Of a stretch of 64,000 bases of DNA, positions 36,328 through 47,300 are shown one piece after another. The DNA is from Clostridia bacterium. GTDB taxonomy: Bacteria > Bacillota > Clostridia > Oscillospirales > CAG-382. The position numbers and the translations under genes were made by a program. The notes under the pieces were generated by a model. That model had not been told where the DNA came from, did not search any database, and saw nothing but the letters and a program-made list of their open reading frames with translations. How positions within the stretch are numbered: position 1 is the first letter of the stretch; every line of letters starts with the position of its first letter. The stretch is taken from the NCBI GenBank assembly GCA_017620655.1, contig JAGAUT010000034.1, positions 68,844-132,843 on the forward strand, in the 5' to 3' direction.

Positions 36328-37290
36328 TTAGTCTCTTCTCTGATAGAATACGAATGCCGATACAAGAAGCGATACAAGACCGATAAGTGCAAGTACAAGC
36401 AGGAAGTAAATCCAGCTCATGGCACTACTGAGTTCACGGGGTCTGAGACTACCTGTGTTATATACTCTGTTGATATATCTCATTACGACATTGGATTCTG
36501 ATGTAAACGAGTCGATTACTGTGTAAATTGTATTTACAAGAATCATGGGGCTTATCATGGGGAATGTAATCTTCCAGAATGTTTCCCAGCCTGTAGCACC
36601 GTCCATCTTACAGGATTCGTAGATGGCAGGAGAAATAGACTGAAGACCCGAGAGGAAGATAAGCATCTGTACGCCGGAGCGGTTTACAATGTTGAAGATG
36701 TTGTTTACGACACCTACAACGTACTCAACAAGCTCTGTACCGATTACCATATTACCGAGAAGGTTTGTAATATCCATTGTATTGATAAGACCTTCGGATT
36801 CTGCACCGCCGGCACCTGTGTCGATACCGCCGCTGTTCATGTAGTCCATCGCCGCATTACCCTGGTCAATCTGGTCGATAAGACCTGTTGCAAGGATAAC
36901 GGGGATGAAGAAGATTGCTCTGAACACTGCACGACCAAGCATCTTCTGATTGAGGACGATTGCCATGAAGAGAGAGAAGATTACGATAGCAGGTACGTCA
37001 AGTACGAGCTGCTGGATACTCTCTGTAAGTGTTCTTACGAATTCCGCGTCGGAGAAAAGTGCGTCGCGGTAGTTTTCAAGGCCGATAAATTCAAGCGCAT
37101 AACCTGCTTTACCGAGCACATGAATCTTACTGAATGAAAACTCAATCGAGCTTATAAGCATCGGAATGTAAAGAATTACGAAACCGATTACGAAAGGCAG
37201 TACAAAGAACCAGCCTGCTCTTGCCTTCTTTGCATCAAGTGATGCCGGCTTTTTCTTTTTAGCCACTTTTACACTTGCTGTGTTATTCAT
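36328..37290 (-). CDS. Sugar ABC transporter permease (MalF-like)
   Basis: EAA-like loop ESCKMDGATGWETFWKITFPMISP in a multi-TM protein. Confidence 0.85.
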   Translation of the reverse strand: MNNTASVKVAKKKKPASLDAKKARAGWFFVLPFVIGFVILYIPMLISSIEFSFSKIHVLGKAGYALEFIGLENYRDALFSDAEFVRTLTESIQQLVLDVPAIVIFSLFMAIVLNQKMLGRAVFRAIFFIPVILATGLIDQIDQGNAAMDYMNSGGIDTGAGGAESEGLINTMDITNLLGNMVIGTELVEYVVGVVNNIFNIVNRSGVQMLIFLSGLQSISPAIYESCKMDGATGWETFWKITFPMISPMILVNTIYTVIDSFTSESNVVMRYINRVYNTGSLRPRELSSAMSWIYFLLVLALIGLVSLLVSAFVFYQRRD

Positions 37291-37309
37291 AAAAGCTGCA
37301 CCCCTTTCC

Positions 37310-40177
37310 TTATCTTACTGCGAAGCTCATGGCTTCTACAGTTGTTCCGTCTTCTGTTGTTACATCGTGAGTGTTATAGTTGAGAATGAATTCTGTACCG
37401 TTATCGTACTTTACTCTTACAAGTCTTGTACCAAGGTATTCGTGTTCATCAATGAGTGAGTACTTAACACCCTTCATTGCTCCGTTGAAAGAAGCATATG
37501 TTGATTCAATATCATTTGCCCAGTTATCGTAGCTGATAGCGTAGTACTTACTGAATTCAGGGAACGCCTTGAGCTCTGATGTATTATCCTTGGATACTAC
37601 ATAGTAAAGGCTTGCACCGTTTTCAATTGCCTTGAGGACACTGTAGTCATAGTCACCGTCAAGGTTAATAGGTGTACCTGCGAATTCAACATAGCCATGG
37701 AGAATCATGCCCATGAAAGGAACAGACTGGCTTGTGTTAATATTCATACTGCTTTCAAGGGGCACGCTGAGGATATGGTCTGCATAACCCAAAGAATATG
37801 CGTTACCGCCGTCTACCATTACGCTGCCGTTTTCCTTTTCGAGAGTCTTGAGGAAGTCTTCAACGAGTTCCTGAGATTCATCTCTGTTAAGAACGTATTC
37901 ATCGTTATGGTCGGAGTTGAGGTCATAGCCGATAGAAGCTACCGAGATACCACCTGCACCTATCTTCTTATACTTCTTATTGATCTTTTCATAAAGCTCT
38001 GAAATTGAGCCGGGGCTGATTACAGCCTTATCGTCTTCTTCAAAGCCCTGATAGAGTGCATTGTAAACTCTGTGAACAGCTCCTCTGCCGTCGAGAGTCT
38101 TGACTGTATCATCCTTTACGGACAGACCGTCAAAGGACTTGAAGTATTCAACATAAGTGAAGTCAAGGTCGGGATAGAGTCCCACGCCGTTTTCCTTTGC
38201 AAATGCTGCAAGCTTCTTGAGACCGCCCATGCCGCCGATTTTACCAGGAACGCTGAGGGTTGAAGGAGCTGTATGTTCCATACCGCCGTTATACCAGCCG
38301 GTAAGCTTTACGTTGATATTGTCAACGCCTCTTTCCTTGAGGTTAGTGATGATATCCTGAGTCTGCTCAAAGGTTGTGAGAGGAGTCTGGAGCTTTGTGG
38401 GGAAACCGAGAATCTTTTCATCTGTCTTGATTGTACCGAAGTTTTCGATGTAGAGAGCCACATCTTCAGACTTATCGTTTTCGGGAGTAAGTCTTGTAAG
38501 AACTTCTGTCTTTTCAAGGTAATTTCTTACGATTTCAGCCATATCGGTATAGTCAACATCCTTACCGTATACGGGGAAAAGTCTCATGGAGTAGTCGCCA
38601 ACGTACTTTCTGTCGCCGGAAACAGACCATTCTGCATCGCCTGTGGAGGAGATACCTGTAAGTGAATATGTATCTGTTGCCTTGGGATAGAAGGTTGCGT
38701 AAACAGAGCTGTAGTTATGAACTCCGCCGCCGTGGTCGGAAGAAAGTTCTGTGAGTGAGTCACCGTCAACGAAGTAAGCTACAAAGCCCTGACCGATAAG
38801 GTTATCAGCATCTGCTGCTTCCTCTGCGGGAGCTACATCGGCAACGGCTTCAACTTCTGCCTCTGCCTCAGCTTCGACAGCAGCTTCCTCAGTGTTTTCT
38901 TCACCCTCTGCTGCTTCTTCTGTCACTTCTTCAGCTGTTTCTTCAACAACCTCTTCAACAACAGGAGCCAAAGCTGTTTCGGGTCTGTTTTCGATAATGC
39001 CGAAAGCAGGTATTCTCATTGTTTCCTGATTATAACCTGCGATGGAATGGTAGGAGTAATCCTTACCGTAAACCTTACCTGTAAGTGTAAAAGGCTTACC
39101 CTTGATATCTTCAAATCTTGTGATTGTACCCGAACCGTCGGGAAGGAGTGTAAAGCCTGTGTTATCATTATTACCTGCAGAGAGGTAAGGAAGAAGCTTT
39201 ACGTTTACAAGTGTATAGTTTGAAGAGTCATATGTGATACTGTTGGCAGGCATTGAAATCATAATGCCGTTTTCATCGAGAGAATACTCAATAGCGAATC
39301 TGAAGATAGCAGGAGCTGCGGAGGTATCGATGTAGTCGATAAGCTCGTAGTCAGCAGCCATCTGTTCAGCGTCGTAATCTGTATTGTTTTCGATATAGCC
39401 GGAAAGCATTTCAAGTTCTCTGTTGGATACACCGGGGTCAAGTACGTAGATTGCGTAATTTTCGGTTGCAGGGAACTGAGCCTTCATGGATGTAAGAACG
39501 GCAGGAGCAAGCGACTTATCGAAGGGGTCTTTAAGATCGTAGTAAGCTACGAACTGAGCAAAGTCTCTTGCAGACTTGTCTTCCCACTGTTCGATAAGGT
39601 TCTTTTCAAAGCTTTCCTTTTCGATCTGCTTAGGAACAACATACTTTGCCTGTTCCTTACCGAGAGTATATTCTACTCTGATACCTGTTCTTGTATTTTT
39701 AACCTGAATCTGTCCGATGTTCTGGTTTCTTACAACCTTACCGTTGAGAGCAGCATCCTTATAGGAGTTGAATTCAACGATTGCTCCCGAGCTATCCTTA
39801 TACTGGATAACAATCTGGGAAAGGAGCTTCTGCTTAACAGCTTCGTTAGCAGTAGACTGGCTTACGTCATAGGGGTTTGTAAGAATAATCTGACCTGTTG
39901 CCTTAACCTTGATACCAACTTCACCTGTCTCAGCATGAGCCCAGATTTCGTATTCGTCATTTTCAAAGTTAGGCTTATTTTCGCCTGTCGCTTCGTCCTT
40001 GATACCCATTGTAGCGAGCTTTTCTTCAGGGCTGTTATAAAGAACTCCCTTATCGCCTGTCGAAGTGATGTAATCCTTCGAGAGTGTAAAGTCATCATCA
40101 GCCATTGCAACAGTGCAAAGAACTGCAGCGAGCATAAGAACGGAAAGAATAAGGCTTGCGATTTTTGTATATTTCAT
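37310..40177 (-). CDS. Large secreted protein, DUF5696-like; possible TIM-barrel glycosidase-like C-terminal half
   Basis: The signal peptide has a probable AMA/DD cleavage site. A 50-aa Glu/Ala-rich linker sits mid-protein. The C-terminal segment LTGWYNGGMEHTAPS...GGMGGLKKLAAFAKENGVGLYPDLDF resembles GH31-like or DUF5696 proteins. The family name is from memory and unverified. Confidence 0.5.
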   Translation of the reverse strand: MKYTKIASLILSVLMLAAVLCTVAMADDDFTLSKDYITSTGDKGVLYNSPEEKLATMGIKDEATGENKPNFENDEYEIWAHAETGEVGIKVKATGQIILTNPYDVSQSTANEAVKQKLLSQIVIQYKDSSGAIVEFNSYKDAALNGKVVRNQNIGQIQVKNTRTGIRVEYTLGKEQAKYVVPKQIEKESFEKNLIEQWEDKSARDFAQFVAYYDLKDPFDKSLAPAVLTSMKAQFPATENYAIYVLDPGVSNRELEMLSGYIENNTDYDAEQMAADYELIDYIDTSAAPAIFRFAIEYSLDENGIMISMPANSITYDSSNYTLVNVKLLPYLSAGNNDNTGFTLLPDGSGTITRFEDIKGKPFTLTGKVYGKDYSYHSIAGYNQETMRIPAFGIIENRPETALAPVVEEVVEETAEEVTEEAAEGEENTEEAAVEAEAEAEVEAVADVAPAEEAADADNLIGQGFVAYFVDGDSLTELSSDHGGGVHNYSSVYATFYPKATDTYSLTGISSTGDAEWSVSGDRKYVGDYSMRLFPVYGKDVDYTDMAEIVRNYLEKTEVLTRLTPENDKSEDVALYIENFGTIKTDEKILGFPTKLQTPLTTFEQTQDIITNLKERGVDNINVKLTGWYNGGMEHTAPSTLSVPGKIGGMGGLKKLAAFAKENGVGLYPDLDFTYVEYFKSFDGLSVKDDTVKTLDGRGAVHRVYNALYQGFEEDDKAVISPGSISELYEKINKKYKKIGAGGISVASIGYDLNSDHNDEYVLNRDESQELVEDFLKTLEKENGSVMVDGGNAYSLGYADHILSVPLESSMNINTSQSVPFMGMILHGYVEFAGTPINLDGDYDYSVLKAIENGASLYYVVSKDNTSELKAFPEFSKYYAISYDNWANDIESTYASFNGAMKGVKYSLIDEHEYLGTRLVRVKYDNGTEFILNYNTHDVTTEDGTTVEAMSFAVR

Positions 40178-40194
40178 TTTTTCTTTCTCCTTTC

Positions 40195-42465
40195 TTATAC
40201 TCTGTATGAAAGTTCAACGACGATATTAATAATAAATGTAACAATCTTACCGAGAAGGCTCGAGAAGAGTACGCCGATGAACATGATGAACGCCATACCT
40301 ACAATAGATGCAAGTGTTGTGAGAACGTTCTTGAAAAGTGTGTAGTCGTGAATTACCTGCATACCGAAGAAGAGCAGGAAGCCGCACCAGAAGAGTGCAA
40401 CGCCAAGGGCGAGTGTGAGAAGACCTGCTTCATCAACCGTTACGATATTCGAAAGAAGTGTTGTGAGAATAAGGAACGGAGGAAGCGGGAAGAGTGCATA
40501 ACATGTTGCAATATAGATATCCTTGATACTGCCTTCGCCGTCAAACAGTGTTGTGAGACACCAGTTTGAAATTACCCAGAGAAGGATAGGAAGAAGAATA
40601 CCTACTGCCATCATAAGCACGCCTGTATCATCAGGTGTGGGCTTAATTACATAGGACTGACCTATGGAATAGTATACAAACGAAACGATTGTTATTGCAA
40701 GTATGAGAGTTGCACCCTTTGCGGAAGCTCTGTATTCATGCTTGATATCCCAATATCCGTCGAAGGGATGGAACATTACATGGAAGCCGTACATAAATTC
40801 TTCCTTCAAGGTTCTCTTCTTTCTGAGAGCAAGACCTGCGTCGTTGACCTTTGCAGCATACTTGAATATCTTGGAAACGATAATAAAGAATGCCACAACA
40901 ACTATGGGAACTACGATAACGTACTTTTCAACCCATTCCTTTCTTACCTGCTGCCAAGCCTCGGAGTAGTTCTGTGTATCGTAAGCAGCCTTGAACATTT
41001 CCATGGCTTCTTCGTACTTTTCCTGTCTTGAAAGGCTCTTACCGATACCGATGTAGGACATGTCGAAGTTGGAGTTTCTCTGAAGGATTTCTCTCCAGTC
41101 TTCTTCCGACTTATCGAACTGTCTGTCTCTCTGATTCTTGAGAGCCTGAACAAGTACATCGCCGTACTCTGTTCTCTTATATACTGTAATTGCGTCGTTT
41201 GTTCCGTCGAGAACCATAAGGTAGTTCATGGATTCGCCGCCATCTGCATCGCCGTAAGCATAGTCAACAGCCTTAACGAGAGAGATATTACCGAGCTGGG
41301 AACCCTTATCGCCGAAAGCGAAGAGAAGGTTACCGTCTTCGTCGTATGTAAATATCTTCTGTCTCTTTGCGTCAACAATAGACCAAGTACCTTCCGGACC
41401 GAGACCGACGTCAACAACCTTGGAAGGACCAGTTGTATCATACTCGGGAGTTACCTGAGTCTGATATGTGATTTCACCTACGGGAGGATAGAAGCCCGAA
41501 CGCTTCATTACGTCTTCACCGTTAGGGTTAAGCATCTTAACGGGAGAAACGTCACTTGTAATGGACTTTGCGGTGATAGCCTTGAGAAGGTCATCATCGT
41601 TGATGGAGTCTGTTGTTGCGTATACAAAGCCCTTTTCATTGATGTTGAGGTTGTTGAAAGAGGTCGATACGTTCTTTACAGACTTATTTCTCTGTTCTTC
41701 TGTCTGAAGCTTTCTCCAGAGCATATCGAAAAAGCTGAGGGACTGGGACTGAGTACCGATAAAGCCGGCAAACTCACCGTCGCTGTTGATGGAGATAACA
41801 CCCTGGTGGGTAGATTCACCTACAACGTAGATATAACCGGACGAGCTTACTGCAACTGCAAGAGGTCTGTAAACGTGGTTATCTGTGATAACTTCACTTT
41901 CGGGCTCTGCGATTGTTCTGATAAAGTCGCCCATTTCATACTGTACGCCGTCGACTTCAACATCTGCAGTTGCGAATACAAGGATTCTAGCAGAGTCAAT
42001 ATCGCAGACATAAAGCTGATTGTCAATAGCGTAGAGGCCGCGGGGAGATGTAATCTTATCGGGAATACCCCATTCGTTTACGAACTCCTTGATTTCAGCA
42101 ACATATCTGAAACCTGATTCCTCTGTGCTGTATTCGGCAATTACAACTCTGGGTTCTTCTGCTGTGGAGTTTGTATCGGAGATATAAATTCTGCCGTCCC
42201 AGTAGAAGTATCTCTGAGCGTGTTCATCGATTGCCGAGATGCGTCCCGTACAGAAGTCCTGAGGGTCTGTAATGGGCTCATCACCCATTCCGAGTGTTGC
42301 AGATGTGATTACTTCGTAAGGAACATATGCATGGGGAGATTCAACGTAGTTACCGTCGATATCATATGTATATGTAGAGTAAGGAATAATCGCACCGGCG
42401 GGCATTGCTCCAAGCACCATGAGAACAACAAGTGAGAGGAGAACTATTCGTTTTAAATTTTTCAT
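40195..42465 (-). CDS. Fusion protein: secreted beta-propeller-like repeat domain, helical linker and C-terminal Yip1-like 5-TM domain
   Basis: A signal peptide is followed by about 430 aa with recurring hydrophobic-Gly/Asp strand motifs (YVCDIDSARILVF, YIYVVGESTHQGVISI, LLFAFGDKGS, YLMVLDGTNDAITVY). A TPR-like helical segment comes next. The rest is a TM plus a multi-TM region resembling bacterial YIP1-family proteins. Confidence 0.5.
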   Translation of the reverse strand: MKNLKRIVLLSLVVLMVLGAMPAGAIIPYSTYTYDIDGNYVESPHAYVPYEVITSATLGMGDEPITDPQDFCTGRISAIDEHAQRYFYWDGRIYISDTNSTAEEPRVVIAEYSTEESGFRYVAEIKEFVNEWGIPDKITSPRGLYAIDNQLYVCDIDSARILVFATADVEVDGVQYEMGDFIRTIAEPESEVITDNHVYRPLAVAVSSSGYIYVVGESTHQGVISINSDGEFAGFIGTQSQSLSFFDMLWRKLQTEEQRNKSVKNVSTSFNNLNINEKGFVYATTDSINDDDLLKAITAKSITSDVSPVKMLNPNGEDVMKRSGFYPPVGEITYQTQVTPEYDTTGPSKVVDVGLGPEGTWSIVDAKRQKIFTYDEDGNLLFAFGDKGSQLGNISLVKAVDYAYGDADGGESMNYLMVLDGTNDAITVYKRTEYGDVLVQALKNQRDRQFDKSEEDWREILQRNSNFDMSYIGIGKSLSRQEKYEEAMEMFKAAYDTQNYSEAWQQVRKEWVEKYVIVVPIVVVAFFIIVSKIFKYAAKVNDAGLALRKKRTLKEEFMYGFHVMFHPFDGYWDIKHEYRASAKGATLILAITIVSFVYYSIGQSYVIKPTPDDTGVLMMAVGILLPILLWVISNWCLTTLFDGEGSIKDIYIATCYALFPLPPFLILTTLLSNIVTVDEAGLLTLALGVALFWCGFLLFFGMQVIHDYTLFKNVLTTLASIVGMAFIMFIGVLFSSLLGKIVTFIINIVVELSYRV

Positions 42466-42482
42466 ATATTTTCTCCTCCTTC

Positions 42483-43355
42483 TTAGTCTTTCATACCCGA
42501 GCTTGCCATTGTTTCGATGATATTACTCTGAGTGATAACGAATACTGTAACAGGAACGATCATCATGATAACCGTAGATGCTGCAGCCGCACCGCTTCGT
42601 GTAATACCGCCGGCAAGAATTTGCTGGATAGCGTAGTTGAATGTCTTGAGCTGTTCGGAATAGATGTAGATTGAAGTACCGCTGTTCCAAAGGCCCTGGA
42701 AGGAGTAAACGATAAGTGTGAGCCAAGCAGGCTTTACCATCGGCATTACTATCTTCCAATAAATTGTAAGTTCCTTTGCACCATCAAGTCTTGCAGATTC
42801 AAGTACTGAATCCGGAACTGTTGTTTCGATAAACTGTCTCATCAGGTAGAAGCCGAGGGTGTAACCGAAGGCGGGAATAATGAGTGAGAAGTATGTATCA
42901 ATCCAACCGAACGCAGACATGATAATGAAGTTGGAAAGGCTTGTTACTGTGGAGTTGAACATAAGGGAGTAGTAAACGAGCTGGAACATACCCTTGCGTC
43001 CGGGGAACTTAATCTTAGTCATAGCATATGCAGCCATGGAGGCAAGGAACAGGTGTCCGAATGTACCACCCACGGAAACAAGTGCTGTGTTGAATATGTA
43101 TCTTGAGAAGGGAACCCAGCTTTCGCTCATGAGTCTGAAGAGTTCGCCGAAATTCTTGAATGTAGGATTGATAACGAAGAATCTCGGAGGGAACATCCAG
43201 AGTTCATCAAGAGGCTTTAAGGACTGGGATATAGCATAAACCATAGGAAGGAACATGAATGCACCGAAAACGAAGAGCATTACGTTGATTCCCACGTCAC
43301 CGCCGACGGAACGGTTAAATGAACGTCTTTTAATCTTTGGCAATTTCATCATCAT
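42483..43355 (-). CDS. Carbohydrate ABC transporter permease (MalG-like)
   Basis: EAA loop LESARLDGAKELTIYWKIVMPMVKP. Confidence 0.88.
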   Translation of the reverse strand: MMMKLPKIKRRSFNRSVGGDVGINVMLFVFGAFMFLPMVYAISQSLKPLDELWMFPPRFFVINPTFKNFGELFRLMSESWVPFSRYIFNTALVSVGGTFGHLFLASMAAYAMTKIKFPGRKGMFQLVYYSLMFNSTVTSLSNFIIMSAFGWIDTYFSLIIPAFGYTLGFYLMRQFIETTVPDSVLESARLDGAKELTIYWKIVMPMVKPAWLTLIVYSFQGLWNSGTSIYIYSEQLKTFNYAIQQILAGGITRSGAAAASTVIMMIVPVTVFVITQSNIIETMASSGMKD

Positions 43356-44308
43356 TTACCTACCTTCGACAGTAATTTATTTACAAGCAGGTTAGATCCG
43401 ATCATTACTGCAAACAGGATTGTCGCAATAGCCGATGCGTAACCTACCTCCCAACGCTGTCCACCGTAGTCATCAAGGTGGTGCATGATGGTATGAGCGC
43501 AATAGTCAACGGACGGGAATCCACAGAGAGCTGTTACGATTGCACCGAAACCGAAGGACTGGGTGATTGCCATGATAGCACCGAACATCATCTGGTTCTT
43601 CATTACGGGAAGTGTGATGTACCAGAGTTCCTGCCATCTGTTCTTTACACCGTCAACGCTTCCTGCTTCGTAGAGCGACTTATCTACTACCTGGAAGCCG
43701 GCGATAAAGGAAAGGAAGGATGTACCGAGTGATGTCCAGAGGGCAACTACGATTACAAGTGTCATGATATAGTCGGTATCCTGGAACCAGAGTATCGGAC
43801 CGTTGATGATACCGAGCTTCATAAGAGTACCGTTAACCCAACCGTACTGGTCAGAGGAGAACAGTGTCTGCCAGATGAGGTAAACCTGACCGGAAATACT
43901 GGGGGCATAGAATATAAGTGTTACAACCGCACGGATTTTTGGTGTAAGTTCATTGATGAACCACGCAAACATAAGGCTGAGAAGGTACGATACGGGACCT
44001 GTCATTGTTGCAAAAACGAGGGTGTTTTCAACAGCAAGAAGGAAGGTATCGTCATCAAGCAGAAGTCTTATGTAGTTATCAACACCTACGAATACAGGTG
44101 CTTCGAGCATATTAAACTGTGTGAGGCTGAGGAAAAGGGACACGAATACGGGAACGATTGTGAAAAGCATAAATACTATATAGTAAGGAGCTACCATGAA
44201 GTAACCTACCTTATTTACTTTCATTTCACGGAGAGTCCATTCCCATTTGGTCATGTCTTTTCTAAGCTTCGGCGCAGCCTGCTGCTGCATTACAGCTTTT
44301 TCTGACAT
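43352..44308 (-). CDS. Sugar ABC transporter permease (MalF-like)
   Basis: EAA loop YEAGSVDGVKNRWQELWYITLPVMKN. It has a 4-nt overlap with the next permease. Confidence 0.88.
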   Translation of the reverse strand: MSEKAVMQQQAAPKLRKDMTKWEWTLREMKVNKVGYFMVAPYYIVFMLFTIVPVFVSLFLSLTQFNMLEAPVFVGVDNYIRLLLDDDTFLLAVENTLVFATMTGPVSYLLSLMFAWFINELTPKIRAVVTLIFYAPSISGQVYLIWQTLFSSDQYGWVNGTLMKLGIINGPILWFQDTDYIMTLVIVVALWTSLGTSFLSFIAGFQVVDKSLYEAGSVDGVKNRWQELWYITLPVMKNQMMFGAIMAITQSFGFGAIVTALCGFPSVDYCAHTIMHHLDDYGGQRWEVGYASAIATILFAVMIGSNLLVNKLLSKVGK

Positions 44309-44342
44309 TTATTTCACTCCTTAATCAATTTCTTTTGAGGGA

Positions 44343-47300
44343 TTATCTCTCTATCCCAAGTTCTTCAAAGTATTCTTCCTTTGTGAGGAAGCCGTACTCT
44401 GCTCTCTTTCTCGAAAGCTCGTGGTCGATATCGTCGATATAGCCGCGCATTGCTTCCGAAGCAACTTCACCGTCATCTACAACATTGTAGAATGCAAAGT
44501 TTGTATATCTTGCAACGATGTAGTTACCGGGGGACATGGGAGTTCCCTTGAGTGATGCAAACTGCTGCTCGAGGTTTTTCTTTTCCTGTGCTGTCCAGGA
44601 CTGACCGAGAAGAGCATCTACATTCGCTGTATTATACTTGGCAGCCGTACCCATGAGGGCTACCTGTTCCTGACCGAATCTTTCCTGAGTATCCTTGGAA
44701 ACCCACCACTGGAGGAATGCCCATGCATTCTGTGCCTTCTTGGACTCAGTTATATCCTGACCGTCCTTGAGGTCGTCAACAGCATCCTTCATCATCATTA
44801 CTGCCTGAGGAGTACCGGGTGTGGAGTGGTCAATATACTTATTACCTTCATCGTCAACTCTTTCAACACCAGGAAGCTGAACGAATTCCCAGAGACCTGC
44901 GATTTCGGGTGCGAATACCTTAAGCTGGTTATATACTGTGTACGCCGCAATAGAGATAGGCATTTCACCTGTTCTGAATCTGTTTGCGAAGTCATAGGTA
45001 ACAGGTTCGCCGTAGAGAGTGAACCATTCTGTCATTCTCTGGAACGCATCGAGTGCTCCGTTGGAGCCGAGGTTGGATGCGATACCTACAGTTCTCAGAT
45101 ATTCTCTGCTGTCGCGTGTGATTTCTTCGGGATTTTCGTAATATTCCTTATAATCTTCAGCAGACTCGAACCATTCAATACCCGACTGGTACATATAAAT
45201 CTGAGTCATAGCCTGTGAGAAGCCCATTTCCATCTGGTTTTCGGAAAGTGCTCTGATTATTGCTTCAACGTCATCCCATGTTTCGGGAACTTCGAGACCG
45301 AGTTCTACGAAGATATCCTTTCTGTAGAAGAGCATCGGGAAGTCGATTGTGTAAGGAAGACCGTAGGATACAACACCGTTTCTTTCAACGCCGTCGATAT
45401 TCTTATATGTCTTGCCGTCTTCTTCGTACTCTACTCTGTCGGGGTCGAGAAGTGTGAGAGGAACAAAGAGTTCATCGTTATCTCTGAAATATGTCTTCTT
45501 AACCTCGTCATATGTAAGAATCTTCTTGTCGCCGGGAAGAGTAATACGTTCATTAATCTTGGCAACGGTTTCGTCCTGGAAGTAGTTAAGAGGAACAACA
45601 GCGTTTCTGATACCGTAACCGTTAGGGTCAGCATCCATGGAAACGTCAGGGCCAACGCCTGCGAGTGTCGCAGGAAGAAGTGTACCGGCTGCAATGAGCT
45701 TTAAGTTTACGGCTACACTTTCGTTATTGAAGGAGTCGTCAACCATCTGTCTCATGATTGTAGCCTGGTCACGGCCTGTTGTGATCCATACTTCTACCGC
45801 ATTGGGGTCGTCATCGTCAATCTTTGTGGCAGAACCTATGGAGTTATAGTCTGTAAAGAAGGACATGATAAAAGACTTGAGCTCATGCGCCATGGACTGG
45901 AAGAAGTTTGCATTAGCCTTAGGAAGCTTGTTGCCGGCAGGCTGTACGAGAACGTAGTCAAGCTGGAGAGGCTGTGCCTTTGTGCTGAGAAGCCATGTAC
46001 CGAGAGAACCGATGTAACTCTTGAAGTTACCGAGATTTGCTGCTATTTTGTTTTCGTCCTTGCTCATTTCATCAAGGAGGAAGGAGATTCTGTCAAGGAT
46101 TACTGTGTTTTCACCCTTTGTACCGATCTTTTCTTCGAGTTCCTTGGAAACCTTGTCAAGGTTCTTCTTTTCCTGCTTCATACCCGTGAGAACACTGGGA
46201 ATGAGCTTGGAAAATTCGTAGTCTGTATAATCATCGGGTTCGGAACCTGTGATCATAAGAATCTGTCTGTAGTAGTCATTGAGCTTTGTCTGAATGTTTT
46301 CGATTTCACCGAGAACGTTGGACATGTCACCGAGAACAGCTCTGAATTCAAGTGTGTGTGCACCTTTTGTGAGGTAGAACTTGAAATCCTGATTACCGTC
46401 ATTAAGCTTCTTTACCTGCCAGTCGTCGCCGTACTTGAACTGCAAAGACTTTGCTTCAAGGAAGGGATACTCGCCGTCAATCTTAAGTGAACGAGACGAG
46501 AAGAGACCCTGGTTGATAGTCTGCTTGAATCTGGGAACTATGTCATACCAGCCATCCTCAGCAATTTCAACCTCATACTTGATCCACTGACCGGGGCTCT
46601 TCCACTTGTCACCGCCGTTACCGCCGATGGTGTTGAGAAGAGATGCTGCAGGGTCCTGAGGATATGTAATACCGCTGGTTCTGTCGTTCATTGCATAGAT
46701 AACCTGTTCACTTGTCTGGTAGGGAGTTTCTGCATGAATCATAACTTCCTTAACATTTTCAGGTACCTTTGCATCGGCATACTTTTCGAGGTATTCTTCG
46801 TATGTGATAACCTCATCGGCATAACCCACTTCAATCCACGCAATAGCCATGGGCTCGCATGCCGCTTCAAAAGTGATAACGTGCTCACCTTCCTCAAGCA
46901 TAAACTTGAGAGGTGCATCAAAGAATGTTTCGGAGTCTGTAATGTAGGTTTCAACCCACTCGGGAGCTTCCGATTTTGTAGGACGCATTTCATTCTTATT
47001 GAAGTCGAGTCTGAAGTTGTATCTGCCGTCTTCACCCTTAACAGATTCATATCCGGAATTGAGAACATAGTTATCAGCCCAGAAACGCGAGAAGTTAAGA
47101 GTACGTGCTTCCTTATAGGGAACGAGATCATCGATGATGAGAATACGTTCAATGTTGGAGCCGTGGCTGTCATCGTCGGTTCTGGATTCATCCCAGCTGC
47201 CGACGAGGGGACGGTACTTAATCTTGATTGTATACATCGCGGTCTTAGGAACGTTAACCTTGAAAGAAACTTTGCCGGAACCGGGTGTATAAAGAACTTC

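Noticed and set aside
38800-38968. A GCT/TTC-rich low-complexity DNA stretch that looks like a tandem repeat.
   Set aside because: It is in frame within the 955-aa gene and encodes a Glu/Ala-rich linker. It is not an independent repeat element.
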